Source of the DNA: an uncultured beta proteobacterium
GTDB lineage: Bacteria > Pseudomonadota > Gammaproteobacteria > Burkholderiales > SG8-41
Reading direction: 5' to 3'
DNA length: 64,000 nt
NCBI GenBank assembly: GCA_903933915.1
Contig: CAIZLW010000108.1
Span: forward strand, 2,747-66,746
Part shown: positions 31,861 through 42,214 of the stretch, piece after piece
How the letters are laid out: the number at the start of each line of letters is the position of its first letter
How positions within the stretch are numbered: position 1 is the stretch's first letter
Notes under the pieces: model-generated
Told to the model about the DNA's origin: nothing
Databases searched by the model: none
The model's input: the letters and a program-made list of their open reading frames with translations, nothing else
Translations under genes and position numbers: made by a program

Positions 31861-32445
31861 GTGAGATGCGCTGTGAAACGGACCCAGCCGCGCAGCGCCT
31901 CCGTCGAGTCTGAAGAAAAAGAACTGCTGCGCGCCGCGCTAGCCGACGTCCAGCCGCTGGCACCCGCCAACCGCGCATCGTTGATACGACCCAAGCCACA
32001 CCCGCGCGCTGCGAAGCAAGTCCCCTTGGGGGGCGATGAACAGGAAATCCTGGGGGACACGCTCAGCGACAGCCCGGCCTGGCAACAGGGGCTCGAAAAC
32101 GGGGAAGAACTGCTGTTTCGCCGTGACGGGCTGTCACAGAAGCACATCCGCAAACTCAGGCGCGGCCACTGGAAAGTCCAGGACCATCTCGACCTGCACG
32201 GACTCATTGCAACGGAAGCACGCGCGCTTACCGCGGCTTTCCTCGCACATGCGATCCGCAACGGCCTGCGCTGCGTGCGTATCGTTCACGGCAAGGGCCT
32301 GAGCTCGCCGAACCGCGAACCGGTATTGAAGAAAAAACTGTCGGGATGGCTGGCGCAGCGCGACGAAGTGCTGGCCTACTGCCAGGCACCGCAACCCGAA
32401 GGCGGCGGCGGTGCGGTGCTGGTGCTGCTACGCGCCACGAAGTAA
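31861..32445 (+). CDS. Smr/MutS2-family (Smr domain) protein
   Basis: The C-terminal Smr domain is LDLHGL...EA...L..F......GLRCVRIVHGKG. GTG start. Confidence 0.75.
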   Translation: MRCAVKRTQPRSASVESEEKELLRAALADVQPLAPANRASLIRPKPHPRAAKQVPLGGDEQEILGDTLSDSPAWQQGLENGEELLFRRDGLSQKHIRKLRRGHWKVQDHLDLHGLIATEARALTAAFLAHAIRNGLRCVRIVHGKGLSSPNREPVLKKKLSGWLAQRDEVLAYCQAPQPEGGGGAVLVLLRATK

Positions 32446-32490
32446 GTCCCCTTGGGGACGCTGCGAAGTAAGTCCCCCTTAAGGGGGGGG
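32438..32490. repeat. two tandem copies of GAAGTAAGTCCCC-palindrome units (bidirectional terminator-like) between smr and glnB
   Basis: cgaagtaagtccccttgggga is followed by gcgaagtaagtcccccttaaggggggg. Each unit ends in a C-run/G-run palindrome. A third related copy lies inside smr at 32008-32036. Confidence 0.6.
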
Positions 32491-32524
32491 CGGATCGCGC
32501 AGCAGCACCGAAAAAGATTCGAAC

Positions 32525-32887
<363 letters not shown>

Positions 32888-32944
32888 TTATCGCCTGAAA
32901 AGAATAGCACAACAACCGGTCGTCGGAATCCTCCCCGGGAGACC

Positions 32945-34543
32945 TCAGTGCCGGAACTTGTTGGTAATCGGATATCGCCAGTCCTTGCCGAATCCGCGAT
33001 TGGTGATTCGGATACCCACCGGGGCCTGGCGCCGCTTGTATTCGCTGATCCGCAGCAGGCGCACCACCTTGTCGACATCGGCCCGGGCAAACCCCATGGC
33101 GATGATTTCCTGCGGGCTGCGGTACTGCTCGACATAGGCTTCCATGATTGCATCCAGAACATCGTAGGGCGGCAGGCTGTCCTGATCCTTCTGATCCGGC
33201 CGCAATTCGGCCGACGGGGGGCGATCGATGACCCGACGCGGGATCACCGCGCTCAGCGTGTTGCGATATTCACAAAGCCGGTAAACCAGCGTTTTCTTGA
33301 TGTCCTTGAGCACCGCAAAGCCGCCCGCCATGTCGCCATACAGCGTGGCGTAACCCGTGCCCATTTCGCTCTTGTTGCCGGTGGTCAGCACGATGGCGCC
33401 GGTCTTGTTCGACATCGCCATCAGCAGGGTGCCACGGATGCGCGCCTGCAGGTTCTCCGCGGTGACAGCCTCCTTCAACCCGCGAAACTCGTCTGCCAGG
33501 GCGGTGAGGAAGCCATCAAACATCGGACGAATCGCAATTTCCGAATACTTCGTGCCCATGATCTGCGCCTGCGCCTTGGCATCCTCGCAACTCATGTCCG
33601 CGGTGTACTGCGACGGCATCATCACCGCATGCACCTTGTCTGCACCCAGCGCATCCACGGCGACCGCCAGCGTCAGCGCCGAATCAATGCCGCCGGACAG
33701 GCCCAGCAATGCGCCGGGAAATCCGTTCTTGCCGAGGTAGTCGCGCACCCCCAGGGTCAACGCGGAGTACACATCCTCCTCCAGCGTCGTCACCGGAGCG
33801 ATTTGCCCCTTCAGCGGAACCCCGCCGGCCACCTCGATCAGCGCAACCACTTCCTTGAACGCCGGAAACTGGTGCGTCAGTTCGCCGTGGCCATCGACCG
33901 CAAACGATGCGCCATCGAACACCAGTTCATCCTGCCCCCCGACCTGATTGGCATAGATAACGGCCATACCAGTCTTGCCGATGCGTTCGCGCACCACCTC
34001 ATAACGCGTCAACTGCTTGTTGATGTGATAAGGCGAAGCATTGAGCACCAGCAGCAGTTGGGCGCCGGCATCGCGAGCCGCTCGTGCCGCCGGCTCCTCC
34101 CAGACGTCCGCACAGATATTGATGCCGACACGCACGCCTTCGTGCTCGAACACGCAAGGGGAATCGCCGGAATCGAAATACCGCTCCTCATCGAACACCG
34201 TGTAGTTGGGCAGCGTGCGCTTGAGGTAGGTGGCAATGACCTTACCGTCACGAATCACCGACGCTGCGTTATAACGCTTGCCGCCGATCTGATGCGGATG
34301 GCCCAGCACCACGGTGATTCCCGCAAGCTCTGCAACCAGGCGCTGGAACACCTTGTCGCAAGCGTGGAAAAAATCATCCCGCAGCAGCAGATCTTCCGGC
34401 GGATAACCGGACAAAGCGAGTTCGGTGGTCAACAACAGACTGGCACCCGACGCTTTTGCGCGACGCGCGGCATCGCTGATTTTTGTGGCATTGCCGTCGA
34501 GGTCGCCAACCGTGACATTCAGCTGTGCAATCGCTATTTTCAT
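32945..34543 (-). CDS. nadE: glutamine-dependent NAD(+) synthetase
   Basis: An N-terminal nitrilase/CN-hydrolase domain (MKIAIAQLN, ELALSGYPPEDL, ICADVW) and a C-terminal NAD synthetase domain (LGLSGGIDSA PP-loop). Confidence 0.92.
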   Translation of the reverse strand: MKIAIAQLNVTVGDLDGNATKISDAARRAKASGASLLLTTELALSGYPPEDLLLRDDFFHACDKVFQRLVAELAGITVVLGHPHQIGGKRYNAASVIRDGKVIATYLKRTLPNYTVFDEERYFDSGDSPCVFEHEGVRVGINICADVWEEPAARAARDAGAQLLLVLNASPYHINKQLTRYEVVRERIGKTGMAVIYANQVGGQDELVFDGASFAVDGHGELTHQFPAFKEVVALIEVAGGVPLKGQIAPVTTLEEDVYSALTLGVRDYLGKNGFPGALLGLSGGIDSALTLAVAVDALGADKVHAVMMPSQYTADMSCEDAKAQAQIMGTKYSEIAIRPMFDGFLTALADEFRGLKEAVTAENLQARIRGTLLMAMSNKTGAIVLTTGNKSEMGTGYATLYGDMAGGFAVLKDIKKTLVYRLCEYRNTLSAVIPRRVIDRPPSAELRPDQKDQDSLPPYDVLDAIMEAYVEQYRSPQEIIAMGFARADVDKVVRLLRISEYKRRQAPVGIRITNRGFGKDWRYPITNKFRH

Positions 34544-34590
34544 GGCGCTAATATATCATCGACGCGCATGTCTTTTGACGCGACACCGCC

Positions 34591-35709
34591 GTGAATCTGC
34601 TAGTAGCAACATCCCTTGATGCGGTTGATCCTCAGGCTTGGAACCGGCTCGCCGGTGACGACCCGTTCCTGCAATACGCCTTCCTGCACGCCCTGCACGA
34701 CACCGGATGCGCCTGTGCCGCCACCGGCTGGACACCGCAATACCTGCTGCTCCAGGACCGGGACACACTGCTCGGTGCCATGCCGCTGTACTTGAAACAG
34801 CATTCCTACGGCGAATATGTGTTCGACTGGGCCTGGGCCGATGCCTATCAGCGCCATGGACTGACCTATTACCCGAAGCTGCTCTGCGCCATCCCTTTCA
34901 CGCCGGTAGTCGGCAGCCGCATTCTCGCCCGCGAATCCGCCCATCGCGACCGGCTGATTGCCGGCGCGCTGGAACTGGCCAATCGCAGCGGCATCTCGTC
35001 GCTGCATATCCTGTTTCCGTCAGATACCGACCTGGGCGACCTCACCCGTCATGGACTGATGCTGCGCCAGGGCCTGCAGTTTCACTGGAATAACGACCAC
35101 TACACCGACTTTGAACAGTTTTTGTCACGACTCAGTCACGACAAACGCAAAAAAATCCGCCAGGAACGGCGCAAGGTGCGCGACACCGGCATTACCTTCG
35201 ACTGGCTCGAAGGCACGGCGATCGGCGATGACGATTGGCAGTTCTTTCATCGCTGCTACCGTCAGACCTATCGCGAACACCATTCGTCGCCATATCTGAA
35301 TCTGGAGTTTTTCCGGCGCATCGGTGCGGCCATGCCCGAAAGCTTCGTGCTGGTGCGCGCCCTGAGCGAAAATCGTCCGGTTGCAGCCTCGCTGCTGGTG
35401 CGTAACGCAACCCGGCTCTATGGCCGGCACTGGGGCGCCATCGAACATCATCCCATGCTGCATTTTGAAACCTGCTATTACCAGGCCATCGAATTCGCCA
35501 TTGCTCGCGGCCTGCAGGTGTTCGAGGGCGGCGCGCAGGGCGAACACAAGATGGCGCGCGGCCTGCTGCCGGTCGCCACGCAGTCGGCGCACTGGCTGGC
35601 GCATCCCGAATTTACCGCCGCCGTCGGCAAATATCTGGAGCGCGAAACAGCCCTGCTCGACGAACACGGCCGCACACTGGCCGCGCGGAATCCGTTCAAG
35701 TCGGGCTGA
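34591..35709 (+). CDS. GNAT-fold acetyltransferase, FemAB-like (DUF482/COG3146 type)
   Basis: Contains PFL.Y.FL.ALH.....A..GW.PQYL, KQHSYGEYVFDW.WA and HFE.CYYQ.IE. GTG start. Confidence 0.65.
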   Translation: MNLLVATSLDAVDPQAWNRLAGDDPFLQYAFLHALHDTGCACAATGWTPQYLLLQDRDTLLGAMPLYLKQHSYGEYVFDWAWADAYQRHGLTYYPKLLCAIPFTPVVGSRILARESAHRDRLIAGALELANRSGISSLHILFPSDTDLGDLTRHGLMLRQGLQFHWNNDHYTDFEQFLSRLSHDKRKKIRQERRKVRDTGITFDWLEGTAIGDDDWQFFHRCYRQTYREHHSSPYLNLEFFRRIGAAMPESFVLVRALSENRPVAASLLVRNATRLYGRHWGAIEHHPMLHFETCYYQAIEFAIARGLQVFEGGAQGEHKMARGLLPVATQSAHWLAHPEFTAAVGKYLERETALLDEHGRTLAARNPFKSG

Positions 35710-35795
35710 ACAGCCGGAATCCGCGAAACGCCACAAAACGTGACCGGCAAAACCATCTTCCCGTATAGTTACGGCCTCAAAACCCGGATTCACCC

Positions 35796-36341
35796 ATGAA
35801 GTTCTGCAGCAACTGCGGCGCCGCCGTCGCGCTCAAAATCCCGCCTGGCGACAGCCTGCCCCGGCATGTCTGCGATGCCTGCAGCACGATCCATTATCAG
35901 AACCCGAAAATGATCGTCGGCTGCATCGCTGAATGGGAACATCGCATCCTGCTGTGCCGTCGCGCGATTGAACCGCGCCACGGCCTGTGGACCGTCCCCG
36001 CCGGCTTCATGGAAAACGGCGAAACCACGGCACAGGGCGCGGCACGCGAAACGCTGGAAGAGGCCAATGCCCGCGTCGAAATCGGCCCGCTGTATGCGAT
36101 GTACAACATTCCTCACATCAACCAGGTCTACATCCTGTTCCGCGCCCGCCTGCTTGATCTGGATTTCAGTGCCGGCGCGGAATCGCTGGAAGTGCAACTG
36201 TTCGACGAAGCCGACGTACCGTGGGAAACGCTTGCCTTTGCCACGGTGCGCAACACGCTGACCCACTACTACGCCGACCGCAAGACCGGCGAATACCGCT
36301 TTCACCTCGGCACCATCGAGCGCACGCCCGCACGCAGCTGA
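35796..36341 (+). CDS. NUDIX hydrolase with N-terminal zinc ribbon
   Basis: CxxC...CxxC (FCSNCG...CDAC) plus the Nudix box GFMENGETTAQGAARETLEEA. Confidence 0.85.
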   Translation: MKFCSNCGAAVALKIPPGDSLPRHVCDACSTIHYQNPKMIVGCIAEWEHRILLCRRAIEPRHGLWTVPAGFMENGETTAQGAARETLEEANARVEIGPLYAMYNIPHINQVYILFRARLLDLDFSAGAESLEVQLFDEADVPWETLAFATVRNTLTHYYADRKTGEYRFHLGTIERTPARS

Positions 36342-36354
36342 CGGCTTCGCGGTA

Positions 36355-37521
36355 TCAGGCTGCGCGCAACGCGTCGACGATGCTCAGTCGCGCGGCACGC
36401 ACCGCCGGCAGAAAACCACCGACCACCCCCATCAGTACCGCAAACAGCATCGACGTGACGATGATGCGCGGCGTCAGCGTAAAACTGAAAGCCAGTTCGG
36501 AAAACGATTGCCAGTTCAGCGTCGAGATGTGAATGAACTGCATCAGCGACGCCAGCATCAGGCCGGCAATCCCACCCACGATGCCGAGTAATACCGCCTC
36601 CAGCAGAAAGGTGGCGAGGATGCTGGTACGGCGAAATCCGAGTGCGCGCAACGTGCCGATCTCCCCGGTGCGGTTGGCCACCGCCGCATACATGGTGATC
36701 ATCGCGCCAATCATCGCCCCCACCGAAAAAATCACCGACAGCGTCAGGCCGAGATAGCTGATGAAATTGGACAGCGCTTTCGACTGATCCTCGAAAAACT
36801 CGCGCTCGGCTTTGACGTCGAGTGTCAGTCGCGGATCATTCTCCAGCCGCGCTTTCATCGCCGGCAGCGCCGCCAGATCCGCCAGCCGCGCCACCACCGC
36901 CGACCAGGCATTGCGCCGGAACGACTGCAGCAACTGGTCGGCATCCGTCCAGACTTCAGAATCGTACGCCGAGCCTTTGGCCTCAAACACACCGACCACA
37001 CGCCATTCCCGGCCGCCGAAACGCAATAAAGAACCGATGGCCGCTCCTTCAAAACGCTGGGCAATGCTTGACCCGACAATGACTTCAGCCGAGCCTGGCC
37101 GGAATGTGCGGCCTTCGGCAATCCGCAATTGCGGCCGCAATTCGAACGCCGCAACGCCGACACCGCGCGTGGTGACATTGGTGGCCACGCCGGAGTCGCG
37201 CTTGGGCAGCGTGATCAGCACCACAACTTCTTTGGAAACCAGTCGCAGGCCATTGCCGCCGATGGCAATCTCCGGCTGGGTTTCAACCACCGCAGCCTGC
37301 ATGCGGTCAACGACACTGGAAATTTCAGCGCCGGAGGCGCGGCGCGTGACATGCACGTTGTCAGGCTGACCAGTGGCGATCAGCGTCTGCCGCAAACCGG
37401 TGTCGAGCATCTGCACCGCCGCGAACACAAACACCACCAGCGCCATGCCGCCGGCGGTCAGTGCCGTGGTCAGCTTGCGCGTCCATAAATTGCGCAGCGT
37501 GTAGGAAAACGGCAGCGCCAT
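36355..37521 (-). CDS. ABC transporter permease, FtsX/MacB-type
   Basis: An N-terminal TM helix, a large periplasmic domain and a C-terminal FtsX 3-TM bundle (RTGEIGTLRALGFRR). Confidence 0.85.
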   Translation of the reverse strand: MALPFSYTLRNLWTRKLTTALTAGGMALVVFVFAAVQMLDTGLRQTLIATGQPDNVHVTRRASGAEISSVVDRMQAAVVETQPEIAIGGNGLRLVSKEVVVLITLPKRDSGVATNVTTRGVGVAAFELRPQLRIAEGRTFRPGSAEVIVGSSIAQRFEGAAIGSLLRFGGREWRVVGVFEAKGSAYDSEVWTDADQLLQSFRRNAWSAVVARLADLAALPAMKARLENDPRLTLDVKAEREFFEDQSKALSNFISYLGLTLSVIFSVGAMIGAMITMYAAVANRTGEIGTLRALGFRRTSILATFLLEAVLLGIVGGIAGLMLASLMQFIHISTLNWQSFSELAFSFTLTPRIIVTSMLFAVLMGVVGGFLPAVRAARLSIVDALRAA

Positions 37522-38678
37522 CAGCCCACCGCCCTCAGGCCTTCAACGATGCGCACCTGCGCGGCGCGATACGCCGGCACCACGGCTGCCGCCACACCCA
37601 CCACCAGCGCGCAGGCGAACTGCAGCCATACCGTTTCGCCACTGACTTCAAACACCGGAAACAGCGTGCCCATCTTGGCACCAAACCACTGCGCCACCGG
37701 AAACGTCAGCAGCACGCCCAGCGCCGATCCGGCAAACGCAATCGCCAGCGATTCGCCATAAATCAGGCCACCTAGAAAACCCGGGCCGAAACCCAATGCC
37801 TTCAGCGTCGCGTGTTCGGCGATACGCTCGCGCGCCGTCATTGCCATGGTATTGGCCATCACCGCGAGGATGATGAAGATGACGACAAACGACACGATGC
37901 GGATGGCGATGACGATGGCCTCGGTCTGCTTGATGAAACCGATCTGGAATGCCTTCTCGGTTTCAGTCAGCGTTTCCGCCGGCGAATTGCGGAACTGCGC
38001 GTCAATGGCCGCGCTGATTTCGGCTGCGCGTGACACATCGCGGACCTGCACCACGAACACGCCGACCTGGTTGGCGCGCTGCGGCGCACGGGTACGCACG
38101 GTTTCGTTCAGATATTCCCAGTGAAAGAAAAACTGCGAAGTGTCGGTCTTCGGCGTGGCACCCTCGTAGATCGCCCGCACCACAAATTCCCAGTTGCCGG
38201 CGAAAATCGTGCCCTTGAGCGGTACCACGTCACCCAGTTTGAAACCATAGGTATCCGCCAGCTTGCGGCCGACGACAGCGCCCTTGCGGTCGCGCATGAA
38301 ATCGCGCAACTGGTCGGGATGGATACGGTATTCCGGATACATCGCGAGGTACGTCACCGGATCAATGGCGAATTGCGGGAAAAAATTCTTCGGTTCCTGA
38401 TACACGCCGGCAAACCAGTTCGCCGACGCCACTGAACGCACACCATCAATGGCGCGGATCTTGTCGCGGTAATGCACCGGCAGCGGCACCACCAGCGACA
38501 CCGCGCTGCGTGTCACCAGCCGGTCCGGCGCCGCGGAATTGGCGCCGGTGTACCAGGCGTCGACTACGGTTTGCAGCAATCCGAAAGACAAAATCGCCAC
38601 CAGCAGCCCCAGGACCGTCAGCAATGTGCGCAGCCTGTGGCGCAAGGCGTTGCGCAAGATCAGCTTCAGCAGATACAT
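37521..38678 (-). CDS. ABC transporter permease, FtsX/MacB-type (second copy)
   Basis: Same architecture (RERIAEHATLKALGF). Its stop overlaps the start of the downstream permease. Confidence 0.85.
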   Translation of the reverse strand: MYLLKLILRNALRHRLRTLLTVLGLLVAILSFGLLQTVVDAWYTGANSAAPDRLVTRSAVSLVVPLPVHYRDKIRAIDGVRSVASANWFAGVYQEPKNFFPQFAIDPVTYLAMYPEYRIHPDQLRDFMRDRKGAVVGRKLADTYGFKLGDVVPLKGTIFAGNWEFVVRAIYEGATPKTDTSQFFFHWEYLNETVRTRAPQRANQVGVFVVQVRDVSRAAEISAAIDAQFRNSPAETLTETEKAFQIGFIKQTEAIVIAIRIVSFVVIFIILAVMANTMAMTARERIAEHATLKALGFGPGFLGGLIYGESLAIAFAGSALGVLLTFPVAQWFGAKMGTLFPVFEVSGETVWLQFACALVVGVAAAVVPAYRAAQVRIVEGLRAVG

Positions 38679-38726
38679 GGCGTCGAGATGTCGTTATTTT
38701 TTATCAATAAAAACAGTTACTTACAA

Positions 38727-39410
38727 TCAATCGGTCAACACGCCTTTTTCCAGATGACGGATGTGATGCGCGCGCTCTGCCGCATGCGGATCGTGGGTGA
38801 CCATGATGATGGTCTTGCCCAGTTCGTCATTCAGCCGCTCCATCAACGCCAGAATGTCGTCAGCCGAAACGCGGTCGAGATCGCCGGTCGGTTCATCCGC
38901 AACGAGAATGGTCGGGTCAGTAATGATCGCGCGCGCGATGGCCACGCGCTGCTGCTGCCCGCCCGACAGCTCCGACGGGTAATGCGTCATGCGGTCAGCC
39001 AGCCCGACCATGCCCAGCGCAACCTCCACGCGTTCGCGCCGGTCGCGCGACGGCAAACCGGTCAGCAGCAGCGGCAGCTCGACGTTTTCCAGCGCGGTCA
39101 GCACCGGCATCAGGTTATAGAACTGGAAAATAAATCCGACGTTACGCGCGCGCCAGTCAGCCAGCCCCGCCTCGTCGAGCGCCATGATGTCGACATCAGC
39201 CACACGCAATTCGCCGCTGTCGGGCCGGTCGATGCCGGCGATCAGGTTGAGCAAAGTGCTTTTGCCGGAACCCGACGGCCCCATCAGCGCGACGAAATCG
39301 CCTGCGGCAATATCAAAGCTGATGTTCTCCAGCACCGACACCACCTGCCCGCCGCGGCGGTAGGACTTGGTGAGATGGCGGATCGCGACCGCAGGTGCAG
39401 ACTGCGACAT
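38727..39410 (-). CDS. ABC transporter ATP-binding protein (MacB/LolD-like)
   Basis: The ATG at 39410 begins [17 protein letters not shown]. It has Walker [10 protein letters not shown], signature [14 protein letters not shown] and Walker B ILVADEPT. The ORF-track N-terminal extension runs through a repeat element and is spurious. Confidence 0.9.
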   Translation of the reverse strand: MSQSAPAVAIRHLTKSYRRGGQVVSVLENISFDIAAGDFVALMGPSGSGKSTLLNLIAGIDRPDSGELRVADVDIMALDEAGLADWRARNVGFIFQFYNLMPVLTALENVELPLLLTGLPSRDRRERVEVALGMVGLADRMTHYPSELSGGQQQRVAIARAIITDPTILVADEPTGDLDRVSADDILALMERLNDELGKTIIMVTHDPHAAERAHHIRHLEKGVLTD

Positions 39411-39720
39411 GGCGTTCAGCAATAAAAAACCAACATGCCGACGGGTTGATCCCCTTGTGAACCGCCGAGCAGCGCAGTCGGACCGGGGGTCGTCGGCGAG
39501 CACTGTCTGAGCCCTCGCGTCGTTTGCGAGGGCGAGTTGCGCGCCCCGAAGGAAGTCGCCTTGGGCGGCAGCCGCCCGGTACGACGAGCAGCACAGGGAA
39601 GCCCGCAGGGCCGGTGAACCGGGGCGGCATTTTCTTTGGTTACTTTCTTTTGGCCGCACAAAAGAAAGTAACCGGCCGCCGGGCCGCCCCCGGCGAATTG
39701 ATCAGACCAGAAGCAACGAA
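39411..39720. repeat. REP/MITE-like GC-rich palindromic element filling the intergenic gap inside the efflux operon
   Basis: The core is a perfect 15-bp inverted repeat, ggttactttcttttg-gccgca-caaaagaaagtaacc (39638-39673), flanked by further imperfect GC-rich inverted arms (ccggggcggc / gccgcccccgg). Additional hairpins include ccctcgc-gtcgtt-gcgaggg. It carries no coding signal. Confidence 0.6.
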
Positions 39721-40929
39721 TCATTTGGTAGCAATTTTGATTGCCGAACCATCCCGCAACCCCGCCGGCGGCCTTAACACCAGCTTGTCGCCGGCGGCCA
39801 CCTTGCCGGTGACCTCAACAAGGTCGCCGATCTTCATGCCGGTTTTCACGCCGACCTGCGCCGCCTTGCCTTCGCGAATCACGAACACCGTGCTGCCGCC
39901 GTCGCGTTCCACCACCGCAGACGGCTGCACCACGTTGCGCGCATTACGCTCCTCCTGCGGCAGTTCCTTCTCCAGGAACGCCACCTTCGCACTCATTTCG
40001 GGCAACACCCGCGCATCGACATCGACAAAGCGCACCTTGACCATCACCGTCGCCTTGGCACGGTCCACGGTGGGCACCGTGCGCTGCACGACGCCGCGAA
40101 AGCGCTGATCGGGCAAGGCATCGAGCTGGATTTCACAGGGCTGGCCAACTTTGACCTTGGCCAGATTCGCTTCCGACACATCGGCTTCGACTTCCAGCGT
40201 CGACATGTCGGCCATCGTCACCACCGCCGCCTGCGAACCCAGTGCCGACGAGAACGGCGTGATGACATCGCCGACGTTGGCATTTTTGGTCAGCACCACG
40301 CCGTCAAACGGCGCGCGGATCAGCGTCTGCTCGACGGCCACCTGGGCGACGCGCAGATTGGCCTCCGCAACCGCGATGGATGCCTTGTAACTGCTCAGCG
40401 CCGCCTGCGCCTTCTCCTGGCGGGCGACCACGGTGTCGTGTGCCGCAGCCGATACGAATTTTTTCTCCAGCAGATCACTCGACCGCCCCATCGCCCGCAC
40501 CGCCTCCTTCAATTCGGCGTCGCCCTGCTCGAGATTGGCCCGGGCCACCCGCACGCTGGCCGCGGCCTGCTGCATCTGCGCGGTGACATCATTGCTCTCG
40601 AGGCGCGCGAGAATTTCACCCGCCTTGACCTGACTGCCTTCGCGCACGTTGAGCCACTCCAGCCGGCCGGTTGCCTTTGAAGCAACGGCCGCCTTGCGCT
40701 GGGCCACGACGTAGCCGGTGGCATTGAGCAGCGTGTGCGCCTGCGAGGGATACGCCTGCGAAACCGTGGCCGTTTCGACGGCCAGCGGCGCATTGCGCGC
40801 ATACAGCAAATAGCCGGCGCCAATGGCCAGCACGGCAGGCAACAGCCACCACCAGCGGAAACGGCGCCGTCGGGTTGCACGAGGTGCATCCCGGTCAATG
40901 CGCAGGCGGGAGAGGTCTTGGTCAGTCAA
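39721..40929 (-). CDS. efflux transporter periplasmic adaptor (HlyD/MacA family)
   Basis: An N-terminal TM anchor, lipoyl/coiled-coil hairpin segments (A...A.A.L..A...L) and a beta-barrel C-terminal domain. Confidence 0.85.
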   Translation of the reverse strand: MTDQDLSRLRIDRDAPRATRRRRFRWWWLLPAVLAIGAGYLLYARNAPLAVETATVSQAYPSQAHTLLNATGYVVAQRKAAVASKATGRLEWLNVREGSQVKAGEILARLESNDVTAQMQQAAASVRVARANLEQGDAELKEAVRAMGRSSDLLEKKFVSAAAHDTVVARQEKAQAALSSYKASIAVAEANLRVAQVAVEQTLIRAPFDGVVLTKNANVGDVITPFSSALGSQAAVVTMADMSTLEVEADVSEANLAKVKVGQPCEIQLDALPDQRFRGVVQRTVPTVDRAKATVMVKVRFVDVDARVLPEMSAKVAFLEKELPQEERNARNVVQPSAVVERDGGSTVFVIREGKAAQVGVKTGMKIGDLVEVTGKVAAGDKLVLRPPAGLRDGSAIKIATK

Positions 40930-40983
40930 AATGATCTAGAATCGAAAAAACCTTCACAACCTGCATTGTATCCGGAGACCCCC

Positions 40984-42177
40984 ATGAGCGCCGCGAAGTC
41001 ATCGACCAAAGCCACATTCCAATGGGATGACCCGTTGCTGCTCGACGAACTGCTGACCGACGAAGAACGTATGGTGCGCGACGCGGCCCGTGCCTACTGC
41101 CAGGAAAAACTGATGCCGCGGGTACTCGAAGCCAACCGTCACGAGAAATTCCACCGCGAAATCATGAACGAGATGGGCGAACTGGGCTTCCTCGGACCGA
41201 CCATCGAAGGTTATGGCTGCGCCGGCGTCAACCATGTCTGCTATGGCCTGATCTCGCGCGAAGTCGAGCGCGTCGACAGCGGCTACCGTTCGGCGATGTC
41301 GGTGCAGTCCAGCCTGGTGATGTATCCGATCTTCGCCTTTGGCAGTGAAGCACAGAAAAACAAATATTTACCGAAACTGGCCACCGGCGAATGGATGGGT
41401 TGTTTCGGTCTGACCGAACCCAATGCCGGCTCCGATCCGGCAGGCATGGCGACGCGCGGCCGCAAGACCGACGGCGGCTATCTCGTCAGCGGCGCAAAAA
41501 TGTGGATCACCAACGCCCCGCTCGCCGACGTGCTGCTGGTCTGGGCCAAGGACGACGGCGGCGTGATCCGCGGCTTCATCCTCGAAAAAGGCATGAAGGG
41601 GCTGACGACACCGAAAATCGAAGGCAAGTTCAGTCTGCGCTCTTCAGTCACCGGCGAAGTGGTGATGGACAACGTGTTCGTGCCCGAAGAAAACGTATTG
41701 CCCGACGTGTCGGGTCTGAAAGGACCGTTCTCCTGCCTCAACAAGGCGCGCTACGGCATCGCCTGGGGCGCGCTGGGCGCGGCGGAATTTTGCTGGGATG
41801 CCGCCCGCAAATACACGCTGGACCGCAAACAATTCGGCCGTCCGCTCGCCGCCAACCAGCTGGTGCAACTGAAGCTGGTCAACATGCAGACCGAAATCAC
41901 GCTGGGCCTGCACGCCGTGCTGCGCCTGGGCCGGCTGATCGACGAAAACCGCGTCGCACCGGAAATGATTTCCCTGCTCAAGCGCAACTCCTGCGGCAAG
42001 GCGCTGGAGATTGCCCGGATCGCCCGCGACATGCATGGCGGCAACGGCATTTCCGACGAGTTCCACGTGATCCGCCATGTAATGAATCTTGAGGCGGTCA
42101 ATACTTACGAAGGTACTCACGACATCCACGCGCTAATCCTTGGCCGCGCGCTGACAGGAATACCCGCGTTCGGCTGA
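40984..42177 (+). CDS. gcdH: glutaryl-CoA dehydrogenase (acyl-CoA dehydrogenase family)
   Basis: Contains [41 protein letters not shown] and [14 protein letters not shown]. Confidence 0.8.
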   Translation: MSAAKSSTKATFQWDDPLLLDELLTDEERMVRDAARAYCQEKLMPRVLEANRHEKFHREIMNEMGELGFLGPTIEGYGCAGVNHVCYGLISREVERVDSGYRSAMSVQSSLVMYPIFAFGSEAQKNKYLPKLATGEWMGCFGLTEPNAGSDPAGMATRGRKTDGGYLVSGAKMWITNAPLADVLLVWAKDDGGVIRGFILEKGMKGLTTPKIEGKFSLRSSVTGEVVMDNVFVPEENVLPDVSGLKGPFSCLNKARYGIAWGALGAAEFCWDAARKYTLDRKQFGRPLAANQLVQLKLVNMQTEITLGLHAVLRLGRLIDENRVAPEMISLLKRNSCGKALEIARIARDMHGGNGISDEFHVIRHVMNLEAVNTYEGTHDIHALILGRALTGIPAFG

Positions 42178-42214
42178 CACACCCCAAAAAGGCAATCTTC
42201 GAAGGAGACACACT

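Noticed and set aside
38727-39659. The 310-aa version of the ABC ATPase with an 83-residue N-terminal extension.
   Set aside because: The extension is translated through the REP/MITE-like palindromic element and is Arg/Ala/Cys-rich nonsense. The conserved ATPase begins at [17 protein letters not shown] (ATG 39410).
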